Shown in pieces: positions 14,840 through 29,699 of a stretch of 64,000 nt of DNA. The notes beneath the pieces are model-generated. The model saw nothing but the letters and a program-made list of their open reading frames with translations, was not told where the DNA came from and made no database searches. Each line of letters begins with the position of its first letter. Positions within the stretch are counted from its first letter, which is position 1. A program made the position numbers and the translations under genes. The stretch is from Octopus vulgaris (lineage: Eukaryota). The DNA is taken from contig OX597814.1 in NCBI GenBank assembly GCA_951406725.2, positions 141,608,001-141,672,000 on the forward strand, read 5' to 3'.

Positions 14840-14960
14840 TGACAACGAATGCTGGTGTCTTTACGTCCCCGAAAAATTAACGGTTCGGCAAAAGAGACAG
14901 ATAGAATAAGTACTAGGTTTACAAAGAATAAGTCCTGGGGTCGATTTGCTCGAATAAAAG
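14215..14960 (+). mobile_element. SINE family A, split at its internal microsatellite by a nested insertion
   Basis: Head 14215-14378 (A box TGGCTGTGTGG, B box GGTTCAGTCC); 3' half 14837-14960. Confidence 0.85.
14442..14735 (+). mobile_element. Penelope pLTR-like element with variant hammerhead; contains an ~85-bp LINE-tail insertion
   Basis: cttt-CTGTTGA-AGAG...TTC-GAAAC-GTA-aaag at 14523-14558. Homologous to the reverse complement of 51740-51875 except for the 14603-14687 insert with a (TAAC)n tail. Confidence 0.65.
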
Positions 14961-15429
14961 AATATCTGACAGCATTTTGTCTAGTCTAGCACCGTTTCTA
15001 CAAATGGTTGCACGTGTTGTTTTCTTTAAATCCTCTCTGTTGATCGGTTCAATATTTCAAGTGCAGTAGTTTGGTTGATAATCGGTTCCAAGTTGGAAAT
15101 AGCTTCTGGAATATTAAATGAATTTTCAAAGAACATTGTTTTGCACCTGTGCAAAATTCTTTACTCAAATGTTATTCACAATCCCGAGGACAAAGAGGAA
15201 GGAAATCCATAGAATTTCATTCCAAATTTTCAGTCTCGCTTCAGACTCTCCTAGAGAGTCTGTATTGATGCCTACCGCTCGTTAATACGCAATCTTTTGT
15301 AACTTTTGTTGTCTTTTCTAAAGCACTTGTTTGTATAAACAGATGCCTTAAATTTCTATGAAATAATGTATTTGTTAATGTTATTATATTGTTGTACACA
15401 GTGAGTAATATTTATCTGCATACTACTTC

Positions 15430-15660
15430 TGGCAACAATAACGAATATGAGACATCTTCAGGCGAAATTCAGGGAAAGCACACTTGCTCCTCAAGTTTTC
15501 ATAAGTGTTGTGGATAATGTAATGTGTATATTAGAGCAAGACAATGGCTACATTGTCGGGAAAAGGCAATCCAATGGAATATTCGCCGCAAAGCTTACTG
15601 TATTAACTTTTGCTGAAGATATTTCAATTTTAAGCAATAAACCAGTTAACAGTTTAAACA
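15430..15660 (+). mobile_element. Decayed RTE-like RT fragment
   Basis: STLAPQVFISVVDNVM...LTFAEDI resembles QGDTLAPxLFIxVxDxVM...LxFADDI. Confidence 0.55.
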
Positions 15661-15924
15661 TAACTAGAAAATTCTAAACTGCATTTATATATCTGTATGC
15701 ATGTGTATGCGTGTGCGTGCATGTACATATGTGTGTGCGTGCGTACGTTTGTGTGTGGGTGTGTACGTATGTATGTATATATGTATGCATATATCAGAAA
15801 CAATGTACGAAAATTGGGGAAAGGGCATAGTCAGTTACTTCGACCCAAATACATAACTGGTGGTTATTTTATCGACTCCGAAAAGATGAGGCAAAGTCGA
15901 TCCCAGCAGAATTTAAAAATAATA

Positions 15925-16263
15925 ATGCGACATAGCATGCCCCGGTGATTGAAGAAGAAAAAATAAACAACTGTGACGATTTAAAGTGGGAAATACGAAG
16001 GTTGAGGTCAATGAAGAGAGTAGATATGATACCAATAGTAATTGGTGCACTTGGAAGTATCAGCACTCAACTACCAACATGGCTGAAAAAGATTGGTACA
16101 AGTGTACAAGTAGAACACCTACAAAAATAAGCATTGCTTGGAACTGCAAGAATTCTTCGCAGGGTTCTTGAAGCATGACCAGTAAACAAGTGTCACCTTA
16201 GTCTGCTGGTTGTGGACAGCTGACACTTTACATCATACTCAGCAAAATAAGCTGTGTTTTCAT
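15925..16263 (+). mobile_element. R4/Dong-clade non-LTR 3' fragment 1 (RLE endonuclease end + 3' UTR)
   Basis: DLKWEIRRL...IPIVIGALG...LQK*ALLGTARILRRVLE; followed by AAC/AAT repeats. Confidence 0.85.
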
Positions 16264-16364
16264 ATAATAATTACAACAACAACAACAACAAAAACAACAA
16301 CAACAATAATAATAATAATAATAATAATAATTATGATAATAATTATGATAATAATAATGATAAT

Positions 16365-16796
16365 ACCAAGTAAAGTTATGCAGGAGGATGGAAAAGTATC
16401 GATACTCTGGGACTATGATTTTCAGACGGATCGTGAAATTGAACACCGTCGGCCGGATATTTTCATATTGAATAAGAGAGACAAATACTGTCAGATTATT
16501 GATGTAGCCATACCAAATGACATAAATGTTGTGAGTAAAGAGGTTGAAAAACCTACCAAATACTCCGAATTGAAAGTGGAAATGGCAAGACAGTATAGAA
16601 TGCGAGAAGGTAATGTAAAAGTGATAGCAGTGGCTCAATCCCATTGAAACCTCAAATATTCTTAAGGCAACTGGAAATCCCATGCAAGATTGATGTTTTG
16701 CAAAAAGCAGACTTATTGGACACAGCGCACATCTTTAGGAAAGTATTATCTGTCTGAAGTCCTTGTGGTGCATTTTACCTACACTGTGTTACGAAG

Positions 16797-16798
<2 letters not shown>
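16365..16798 (+). mobile_element. R4/Dong 3' fragment 2
   Basis: ILWDYDFQTDREIEHRRPDIFIL...IIDVAIP...EKPTKYSEL (PD-D/ExK motif); flanked by (AAT)n. Confidence 0.88.
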
Positions 16799-17829
<1,031 letters not shown>

Positions 17830-19033
17830 AATAATAATAATAATAATAATATAAATAATGTTAAAGTTTATAAAAGGAATTAAAACTGGGATATTAAACA
17901 GTTGTTGCACCGAATTGAGCGTTCCTGTTTGAAAAGCAAGAGTGGGAAGCTCTGGATAACGACGGTGAAAAGTCTAAATGTCTATTACAGATATTCAGAA
18001 CCGTTTGAACGTCTAAAACGTTAGTACCAGTTAACTACTGAGGCCTACATAATCGCCTGAATCTTTGACTAAAAATCCTCGCTTTGTGTTTATTTACACA
18101 ATCTGCTAAATATCATGTCTTAGGTATCCTAAATTACACTGTATTCTATAGAAATATATGAAGGGATGCTTTAAGGGTCTCGCGAAAATCCTGGCTGGAG
18201 GCCCAACCTTCCGAGTTCTTTTACAGGGCTTAGAAAAACTGAAGGATCGCTGAAATAAACGTATGAATTGAGAGGGAAATATTTTGAATAAAATCATAAT
18301 TAAATGATCTTATATTTTCTTTTACACAAAGCCAGAAACTTTTCTGCACAACCTCGTATACTGTCTAATTAACTTTGAAGTCGACCAACGAATTATATGC
18401 ATATCAGCAAAACAGTTAATGATCTATGGATGTATATAGAAAGACAGACTGCAGGCACAACTGGAATTTTCCGTTACCTTCGGTTCGAAGGCCTTTCCCG
18501 ATTACTCATAATCCTTATGTAGTGATGGTCACCAAATATGAAATTTATATAGATAGTCGCAGCTGTGGCTGTGTGGTAAGAGGCTTGCTTCCCAACCACA
18601 TGGTTCTGGGTTCATTCACACTACGTGGCACCTTGGACGAGTGTCTTCTACTATAGTCTCGGGCCGATCAAAGCCTTGTGAAACTGAAAGATGCATGTCG
18701 TATATGAGTGTGTGTGTTTGTACCCCTGCCATCGCTTGACAACTGGTGTGTTTATGTCTTATGACTTAGCGGTACATGAATGCAAAAAAAAGAGAAGTTC
18801 TGGACTATCAGTATCTGGAAAGTAGTTGTTGTACTTGTACTAGTTCCCAAAATAAACGAAGGAGGTAGAGCGCATCTTCTGACGAGCAAACAACCATCCC
18901 CGAAACAGATCTATATGAAGATTCCCGATGAATTATCTGTTAATTTAAGAGAACAATTGAATATATCAATATCCGCTTCACATTTTACTGCTAAAAGGCG
19001 TTCAATTAAATAACTGAAGATTTATATATATTA

Positions 19034-19444
19034 TACTCTTTTACTCTTTTAGTTGTTTCAGTCATTTGACTGCGGCCATGCTGGAGCACCGCCTTTAGTC
19101 GAGCAAATCGACCCCGGGACTTATTCTTTGTAAGGCCAGTACTTATTCTATCGGTCTCTTTTGCCGAACCGCTAAGTGACGGGGACGTAAACACACCAGC
19201 ATCGGTTGTCAAGCAATGCTAGAGGGACAAACACAGACACACAAACATATACACGCACATACATATATATATACATATATACGACATGCTTCTTTCAGTT
19301 TCCGTCTACCAAATCCACTCACAAGGCTTTGGTCGGCCCGAGGCTATAGCAGAAGACACTTGCCCAAGATGCCACGCAGTGGGACTGAACCCAGAACCAT
19401 GTGGTTGGTAGGCAAGCTACTTACCACACAGCCACTCTTGCGCC
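19034..19444 (-). mobile_element. SINE family A, full-length young copy
   Basis: tRNA-like head, CORE-like CTTGGGCAAGTG, internal TA/CA microsatellite, (TAAAAGAG)n tail. Confidence 0.92.
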
Positions 19445-20132
19445 TATTGATATATTGATATTTGTTTTAGGTATATGTGTGTATATGTGGGGGTGTGTGT
19501 GTGTGCGTATGTGTGCGCCCGCGTGTGTAACTTAAACCGCTATTTGACATTTCTTCTCAATTTTCTAACGTGTACAGCCGAGCAAAATACTAAGTGTCAT
19601 GTTTATAGACATGCACACTTTAAATATAGTTAAAACATACACACACACACACACCACTACCACCACATCACACCACACCACACCACACTAAACCACACTC
19701 GCATCACAGACACATATATACATATGTGGGCGTGCCTGCATGTTGTATGAATTATGTATGTGTGAGTGTATCTGTGTCTGTGTGGGTGTATGTATGTGTG
19801 TGTGTGTGTGTGCATACATTTCGTTATTTTCTTTGATCGGGCGATCTACTGGCGCAAATCAGTCAACGTTGTTGACTAAATTTTACATAAAGCTATTGCT
19901 TTATACGTTCCTTCAGAGTTGCCTCTCTTAGGTACATCTCATTGACAAGAATCAATAAACTCGAAAGAGCGATGTCTGGGATTCTTGATAGATGACGACA
20001 CTAAACGAATCGGGAGTTTTCATACCATTTTTTTACCATAAGAGAACTATTTTCTTCACGTTAACTGCAATGTATTTGCCTTTTAGCAGTCGAAATATGT
20101 AACAAACATATTTTAACTAACCTAAATTTTGC

Positions 20133-20168
<36 letters not shown>

Positions 20169-20199
20169 GTATATATATATATATATATATATGTATATG

Positions 20200-20259
<60 letters not shown>

Positions 20260-21124
20260 TGTCTGTCTGTCTGTCTGTCTGTATGTATGTATGCATGTAT
20301 GTATATATGTATGTATATATATATACTTGGTGTCATAATAGATAAATACTCAGTGTTTAGACTCACTGAGAAATTACCCACCATGAGGTCCATTCAGGCA
20401 GCTTCCTGGCTTGAGAATTGAGAAATTGTTTTGCCCGACCGATATTATTTTTATTACTCAACCCAGCAGGGATTACCTACTTCAACTTCCCAAGAAACCT
20501 CGTGACAGTAGTGTAAAGCTATTTATTATGATGTAAATCAGATTCTGCCAACACAAAAATTCATTTATTTAATGGTACAATCATACAATGTTGAAAGCCT
20601 GACAAAATTTACTAGAATGCAAATGCAGCGTAATGTATGAATATATATATTTATATACACATACATACATACAAACATACATACATACATGTACATACAC
20701 ACATGCATACATACATGCATACATGTATATACATACATGTACATACATACATACTTACATACATACATACATTCATATATACATACATATATACACATAC
20801 ATACATACAAAAACACTCTGGTTTTTAAATTCTAATGACGGAGCTTTGGATGTAAGTTAGAAACCGGCTCATTCTCTATTGGAAAGAAATCTTGAATTAA
20901 AACTGAAAAGTGCCATACATACATACATATATACAGACAGACAGACAAACAGGCATACAGAGAGACAGAGTCATTCTTGATTAGTTAGAATCGCCGTGAA
21001 TTTACGTATGATAGCAAAAAATAGTCGAGTCGATCGTCATCGTAATCTACCAAAAAGAACCACTTGGTATCTAGTTACGCAGCGAAATTAAATGCGCATA
21101 GACATGGTGTATGTGCGTGCGTGT

Positions 21125-21173
<49 letters not shown>

Positions 21174-21318
21174 GGTATGTGTGTTTTCACTTTAAGTCAC
21201 AAAGTAGGTTTGTATTTGGTGGTGTTTACGTAACTAATAGTTTCCATAGCAAGAAGAGAATTCTTAGAAATGCAAAAATTTGCATATATATGAGACAATT
21301 CAAAAGCACTTGAAACAA

Positions 21319-21977
<659 letters not shown>

Positions 21978-21991
21978 TAGATAGATGTTTG

Positions 21992-22031
21992 TCTGTCCGA
22001 CGAACGAGAACGTGAAACTCCGAGTAACAGA
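21992..22031 (+). ncRNA. Minimal type I hammerhead motif (CCGACGA core variant)
   Basis: TCTGT-CCGACGA-ACG(AGAA)CGT-GAAAC-TCCGA-GTA-ACAGA; stems I, II and III all pair. Confidence 0.8.
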
Positions 22032-22062
22032 TTTTGTTGAATTTCTGCTGCTTTTAAATAAA

Positions 22063-22093
<31 letters not shown>

Positions 22094-22094
<1 letters not shown>

Positions 22095-22335
22095 AGCGTA
22101 GTGGTTGAGAGCGCGGGCTATTAGCCCCAAGATACCGAGTTCGATTCCAAGCAGAGACCTAAACAACAATAACAATAATAATAATATCGAAAAATTACTT
22201 AGGAATAAGAACCCATGCTTGAAATTTCCCCAAGACACCTGAAGAAGGCTGGAAGGTATATCAGCCGAAATGTTGTGTTAACAACAAACAAGATGCGGAC
22301 AAATATCCTTCGAATGTAAGTAATGTAAATAACTT
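22094..22335 (+). mobile_element. tRNA-headed SINE with hammerhead-containing tail
   Basis: A box TAGCGTAGTGG (22094), B box GAGTTCGATTCC (22137), AAT linker, HHR motif 22234-22279. Confidence 0.7.
22234..22279 (+). ncRNA. Type I hammerhead motif
   Basis: GACAC-CTGAAGA-A-GGCTG...CAGCC-GAAA-TGTT-GTGTT. Stem III is probably AACGTT with CpG decay. Confidence 0.65.
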
Positions 22336-22338
22336 TTG

Positions 22339-22735
22339 GGCGCAGGGGTGGCTGTGTAGTAAGTAGCTTGTTTAGCAACACATGGTTCCGGGTTCAGTCC
22401 CACCGCGTGGCACCTTGGGCAAGTGTCTTCTACTATAGCCTCGGGCCGACCAAAGCCTTGTGAGTAAATTTGGTAGACAGAAACTGAAAGAAGTCCTTCG
22501 TATATATATGTGTGTGTGTTTGTGTGTCTGTGTTTGTCCCCCCAACATCGCTTGACAACCGATGCTGGTGTGTTTACGTCGCCGTCACTTAGCGGTTCGG
22601 CAAGAAAGACCGATAAAATAAGTACTAGGCTTACGAAGAATAAGTCCTGGGGTAGATTTGTTCGACAAAAGGCGATGCTCCAGCATGGCCACAGTCAAAT
22701 GACAGAAACAAAAAAAGAAAAAGAAAAGAAAAGAA
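22339..22735 (+). mobile_element. SINE family A
   Basis: Full head, body and tail. Confidence 0.9.
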
Positions 22736-22756
22736 AATATATATACCTACATACAT

Positions 22757-22810
<54 letters not shown>

Positions 22811-22833
22811 ATCTATATCCATCCATCCATCCG

Positions 22834-22910
<77 letters not shown>

Positions 22911-22928
22911 ATCTATCTATCTATCTAT

Positions 22929-23040
<112 letters not shown>

Positions 23041-23055
23041 CCTTTGTCCTCTTAG

Positions 23056-23455
23056 TGCTTCAGTCATTTGGCGGCAGCTATGCTGGTGCACCACCTTAAA
23101 TAGCTTTAGTCGAAATAACTCGTCTCCAGGACTTATTCTTTGTAAGCTTAGTTCTTATTTTATCGGTCTCTTTTGCCATAAACACCATAAACACACTAGC
23201 ATCAGTTGTCAAACGAAGGCGGGTGGACAAATACATACACACACACGCACGTACACACGCACATACACACACAAACACACACACACAAACACACACACAC
23301 ACACACCCACACCCACACCCACCCACCCCCACACACACATATATATATACGACGGGCTTCTTTCATTTTCTGTCCACCAAATCTACTCACAAGGCTTTGG
23401 TCGGCCCGCGGCTATAGTAGAAGACACTTGCCCAGTGAGACTGAACTTAGAACCA
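23056..23455 (-). mobile_element. SINE family A, diverged
   Basis: Tail and core motifs present; head truncated. Confidence 0.75.
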
Positions 23456-23556
23456 TACGTAAATGCATACATACATACATAATACATACATACATACATA
23501 CATACATACATACATACATACATACATACATACATACATACATCTATGTACACACA

Positions 23557-24480
23557 AATAGTCATATAAAATCCTATATAGGCGCCACGAAAAACCAAAT
23601 GATACTTAGGTACAACGCACACCAATCTAACTTCAGAAATAGGAGTAAGATAAATTCAACAGGATTTAGTAGCTATATCTGGGAGTTTAAGGACAAAAAA
23701 AAAAAAGAATATAGATTAGAATGGCGCATACTCGCAAAAACAAGTTCTTACATCTCTACCAATAGACGGTGCGATCTCTGTTTAACCGAACGCCTGGAAA
23801 TTCTAACGGGCTACACCGCCTCTTCTTAATAGAAAATATGAGAACAGTAATTTTTTATCTACATATATATCTATTTGTCTTTTCCAAGTATCAGTAAACC
23901 CGCTTGACCCTGTACAAATCATACGCTAGCTTCTTCATCTAAATCATCCCATTTAGCCAGGAACCACTTAAACTACTTACACGCAAACATTCACCTCCCA
24001 ACCCCCACTCGCTTTACACACCCCATGATAAATTATTTTACACCTACACTGGGCTTCCTCCATTACTATGAACTTCCTACAATTTAAAGTCCAATAGACA
24101 CATAAATTCCTTACACACCCCGGACTGACAAATCCAGGTAGAGTTAGCCCCCTTTTTACCATGAGTTAGAGTCAACCCCTTTTCTTTACACCGCCGGTGA
24201 AAAGTCTAGCCAGAATAAACACGTGGAAAATATGCGCTTACTTAAACTTGGATCTACAGATCAAAATAACTTCCATCTTACATCCACTTTGCAGTAGAAT
24301 TATCAAATAAGAAATCTACTATAATGTAAGACTCACCATTCTTTCTCTTTATTCTCGTTATCAATGATCCCTATGTCTTTCGCCCTTCTTACTTCTACAA
24401 ATGACTATGCATTCTGATGATGTCTACCACTAAAACTGGTAAACAGAAACGATCGTAAATGTATTATTATAGTTATTAAT
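23557..24480 (+). mobile_element. Penelope-like element 3' fragment: GIY-YIG endonuclease C-terminal part + 3' UTR/pLTR
   Basis: KSYIGATKN...RYNAHQSNF...FSSYIWEFK...LEWRILAK...RCDLCLTERLEIL, followed by a hammerhead at 24407-24464. Confidence 0.88.
24407..24464 (+). ncRNA. Type I hammerhead motif
   Basis: ATGCATT-CTGATGA-TGTCTACCA(ctaaaac)TGGTAAACA-GAAAC-GATC-GTA-AATGTAT; canonical core, palindromic stem III ACGATCGT. Confidence 0.88.
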
Positions 24481-24594
24481 TAATTAAATTAATGGCTTAC
24501 TAGCGCAAACAACCAACTTCATTCTGTTATTTTCCCTCCATCTCTTCTTGCATGTATGTATATATATACATATACATATATGTATGTATGCATG

Positions 24595-24692
<98 letters not shown>

Positions 24693-24752
24693 CAAACAAA
24701 TATTTGTTGTTTATTAGAAGCATCAAAATATATATTGTACAATACAAATAAG

Positions 24753-25109
24753 ATGATGTTTTTCTAACGATGAGTTGCCGTTAGAACAGCAGAAATATTG
24801 AATAAACTACCCTTATAAGGCGGAAAAATTTGTCAGCAACCAGTCATGGGACTCGAACACATATCCTTCAAAGACTCCGGATGAGTGCTTTACTATTAAG
24901 CTAAACTGCCCGCTGACTAATTCCATCGCCGAATTAGATGCTAAATACTTTAGCTTTATAGAACAACCATGTGTGTATAAATGTATGTACACAAGGTTGT
25001 TCGAGTCCCATGGGTGATTGTTGACGAATTTTTTCCGCTTTGTAATGGTAATTAACCCAGTATTTCTGCTGATCTAACAGCAGCTCTACGTTTGAAAAAA
25101 TACCATCAT
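24753..25109 (-). mobile_element. tRNA-headed short element with an inverted partial copy
   Basis: Minus-strand A box TAGCTTAATAG (24892-24902) and B box GTTCGAGTCC (24848-24857). 24998-25109 is an inverted copy of B box plus tail. Confidence 0.7.
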
Positions 25110-25143
25110 ATTTGTGTCATATGTATATGTGTGTATATATATA

Positions 25144-25708
25144 TATTTATATTATATTGAGGGTACTACTATTCGTAGATACCACACGCTAAAGAGGGAC
25201 CAATGCGGTCAAAACTACTAAAATAAACAAAATTTTACCGAATGCAAAACTTCAAAGCAAATCATTTAAAAAAGAATTTAGTTACATATCATCTGTGATT
25301 TCGCAATTAATGCAGAATATGCATTCTATGTTCATCAGTGCAACAAACTCAAGATATATAAGAAAAAACATAACGTTACAAGTTCGATAGCCAACCGTAG
25401 AATTCGTCGTAGCATGTACGAATGTTTATCTTTACATATCTATGAAAATGGCGGGCTTATTCGCAATGCATTTCGTGTGTGTTTTTTAAATGATTTGCTT
25501 TGAAGTTTTGCATTCGGTAAAATTTTGTTTATTTTAGTAGTTTTCACCGCATTGGTCCCTCTTTAGCGTGTGGTATCTACGAATAGTAGTACCCTCAATA
25601 TAATATAAATAAATATTTTCAAAGTGGAAAAATTTACGGATTTTTTCTCTTACGAGGTTTTTCACGCTAACTACTGATAATTTCTTTTAAAAATTTTATC
25701 CTCAATTG

Positions 25709-25712
<4 letters not shown>
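25144..25712. mobile_element. Fold-back Penelope pLTR-like element with hammerhead
   Basis: 130-bp near-perfect inverted arms (25144-25273/25482-25611), HHR in the spacer, ~100-bp tail similar to the 6645-7075 terminus. Confidence 0.8.
25281..25344 (-). ncRNA. Type I hammerhead motif
   Basis: GTTGCA-CTGATGA-...AATGCA(tattc)TGCATT...-GAAA-TCA(caga)TGA-TA-TGTAAC; AUA site. Confidence 0.75.
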
Positions 25713-25750
<38 letters not shown>

Positions 25751-25888
25751 TAATAATATAGGGTGAAATTAATTAATTTGGAATAATCATTAATTTCACC
25801 AAGTAGATTTCGGCATGTAAAAGCCTCATTCGAGGAAAGTTTTACTTAGTATTACTTAGTATTACTTAACCCTTAATTACTATATATA

Positions 25889-26190
25889 TATAATCAAAAT
25901 AAGCAACAAGTATATCCAAGGTAGAGTAGTACAATTGTTTCATGCTACTTCATTTTATTAAACACTGTAAGTATTACATCAGTATTAAAATGTCGAGCAA
26001 TCTTCAGCCACTTATAGAATTTTCCAATTAAACGGACAATGCGACAATTGTACTACTCTGCCTTGGATATACTTGTTGCTTATTTTAATTATAATCACCC
26101 CATTTGACTTATATGGATAATACCATACAAAATTCTGGTGCCTTTAACTTAATTACCATATTCATCTGAATCTAAATTTTGCTGAACCTA
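25889..26190. repeat. Fold-back element (50-bp arms) plus tail
   Basis: 25889-25938 versus 26044-26093; flanked by (TA)n. Confidence 0.85.
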
Positions 26191-26210
26191 TATATATATA
26201 TATATATATA

Positions 26211-26428
26211 GCAAAAAAGAAAACGGAGGGGGTATAAAAATGACATACATCAGCCGGTAGACATTCTATAATGTCTATTTATTCTAAAACATAAGGAAAT
26301 ATTATAAGAATACATACACATAGACTGTGTGCTAGTACACAGTCTTTGCATGTGTATGTATTCTTATAATAGAATGTCTACCGGCTGATGTATGTCATTT
26401 TTGTATGTCCTCCATTTTTTTTTTTGCC
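26211..26428. repeat. Nested palindrome / fold-back element
   Basis: Outer arms 26211-26268/26370-26427; inner hairpin 26300-26371. Confidence 0.85.
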
Positions 26429-26764
26429 GTATAAATTAAGGGCAAACCATTTTTTATCCCCGCCCTTATATGACACTCGATTGCGAAGATCAAAGCTCAG
26501 GATCGCCAAGCTCTATCAGGAGAGTAACTGCAACGCATCCATTGGTGTTGTGTAATCAACTAGTGAAGGATTCGCTATGACTCAAGCTCTCAAGAATTCG
26601 TGCAAGAAACACAAGTGAACGAATGAGGTCCAATTCAGCCGATTTTGCCAATCAATATTACCCAATAGCCAAGGGAAATCCGATAGCAAAATTGGCCGAA
26701 ATGGATCTATATAAATATGTGTGAGAGTGTGTGAGTGTGTGTGTGTGTGTGTGTGTATGTTTGT

Positions 26765-26813
<49 letters not shown>

Positions 26814-27060
26814 GTGTGTGTGTGTGTTGTATGTGCTGTGTATTGCGTGTGTTTTGTGTGTGTTTTGTATGTGCGTTTTTATGAGTATATGTGTTTGTAC
26901 ATTTATACAAGAAGACATAATAATGTGCGAGCACAAGTCTGTGTATATATGCAGCGAAATGATTCATATATTTACATACATGTGTGATTGTATATATAAA
27001 TGTGTGTGTGTATATGTATATATATATATATATATATACATAACTTTGTATATATGTATG

Positions 27061-27219
27061 AAGGAGTGGCTGTGTGGTAAGTAGCTTGCTTCCCAACCAC
27101 ATGGTTCTGGGTTCAGTCCCACTGTGTGGCACCTTGGGCAAGTGCCTTCTACTATAGCCTCGGGCCGACAAAAGCCTTGTGAGTGTATTTTGTAGACAGA
27201 AATAGAAAGAACCTCGTAG

Positions 27220-27274
<55 letters not shown>

Positions 27275-27476
27275 TTGTGTGTCTGTGTTTGTCCTCCCCA
27301 ACATCGATTGACAACCGATGTTTGTGTGTTTACGTCACCGTAACTTAGCGGTTCGGCAAAAGAGACCAAAAGAATAAGTACTAGGCTTACAACGAATAAG
27401 TCCCGGGGGCGATTTGCTCGACTAAAGGCGGTGCTCCAGCATGGCCGCAGTCAAATGACTGAAACAAGTAAAGAGT
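27061..27476 (+). mobile_element. SINE family A
   Basis: Full head, body and tail. Confidence 0.9.
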
Positions 27477-27534
27477 ATATGTTTGTATATTTATATATGT
27501 ATACATACATATGTATGTGTGTATATATACATAT

Positions 27535-28037
<503 letters not shown>

Positions 28038-28643
28038 TGTGAATGTGTGTATGTATGTAGATATATACATATACATACATACATACATACACACACATAC
28101 ATACATATATATATATGCATATAGACATACATACATGCGTACATACATGTAAACATACGCCCATACATACATATATAATACACACATGCACATATACATA
28201 CACATTTATGTCAATGTTTATGTTTGTCTATAAGTCTATCAGAAAGTGTGTCTATTTATCAAGAACTATCCGTGTCTGTCAGCTTCTCTGTCTGACTTGA
28301 TGTCTACAGATCTATCCATTTATCTGTTTTCCTGTTTGTCTATATCTATCTATACTTGTACAGCTTATATTTATATAAGTGTGGGAATGGACATCTGGTA
28401 GTTTGTGAATGGATACAAACTGGATAAATATGATGGATTAAGACGAATAAGTTAGAGATAATGATGTTGTAGGATAAAAATTGAAAGAATTTAGACTCTG
28501 TTGTTGATCAATTAGAAGTTTTAACGTTTGGGTGATAAATTTAGGATGTAAACAGTTTTTTTTCTGTATTCATCTAACCTTCTACTTTGTGTGTGTGTGT
28601 GTGTGTGTGAGAGGAAAAGAGAAAGACAGAGACAGGCAGTCTG

Positions 28644-28681
<38 letters not shown>

Positions 28682-28684
28682 GAA

Positions 28685-28738
<54 letters not shown>

Positions 28739-29371
28739 GAGAAAGAAAGAAAGAGTGCATATTGTCCCGCCTCGTAGCTTGTTACTCAAGACTGAAAATT
28801 CCAGGGTAACCACCGTTTCTTCATACATGTTTGACTGGGGCCTGTTTGACTCGCCTGAAGAAGCAGCAACAAAATGTGGAAACTCCATGAAAACAGAATT
28901 GTACGTGTATGTATTGTATTACATGAATATTACGGTGCATCAGCATGGCCGCAGCTCTGAGCTGAAACTAGAAGAAAAAAATATATCGTATATATATTTA
29001 TATAACATATTAAAGAGGAATGTGAATATATGTAAGGATCAGGGACCTTCTCTAATATGACAAATTTCTGATGATTTTTAAAAAGAAAATGCAACCCCCT
29101 TATTGGGACACAGACAACTTTTCTCTATTGTACTTCTTCTTTACGTCTCTAACCTCTTCCTCCTTGCCCATGCCAAACTGATCATTCGTCTAGTCCAGTG
29201 TCTGCTAAACTTTTTTTTACCTTAGGACACACTGCGCAAGGAGAATTTATTTTGCGACATACCAAATAAAAATCCAAACAAAATTGAATATGCTTTATTA
29301 GTATGAATAAAAAATAAATAAATTCTTATTATACTAACAATAAAATAACATTGGTTTATGAACATATTATA

Positions 29372-29475
<104 letters not shown>

Positions 29476-29699
29476 GGTTTTAGTGAGAAGGATGCAATTG
29501 ATTTTGAGAAAGAATTTTGTCAAAACGTGGATCTAAATTAGATAAACAAATACGTAACTCCACATTTACCATCTGTCATCGTTCATGTTTTTTTACTTCA
29601 TTTCCATAGGCACAGAGATACCAAATTCGCAAAGATACGATGACCCAAAGGGTAACAGAGAATTAACGGCTGTAGTAGCTAATCGAGGATATTGACTCC

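Noticed and set aside
22094-22160. Functional tRNA gene (also 24845-24915 and the SINE heads)
   Set aside because: A and B boxes are present but no convincing acceptor stem or terminator, and each runs into a repeat body; treated as SINE heads.
28853-28890. CTGAAGA...GAAAC hammerhead-like match
   Set aside because: Stems do not pair; resembles the recurring CTAGAAATAGCAGCCAAATCTCC repeat seen at 10003, 13920, 43800 and 52820.
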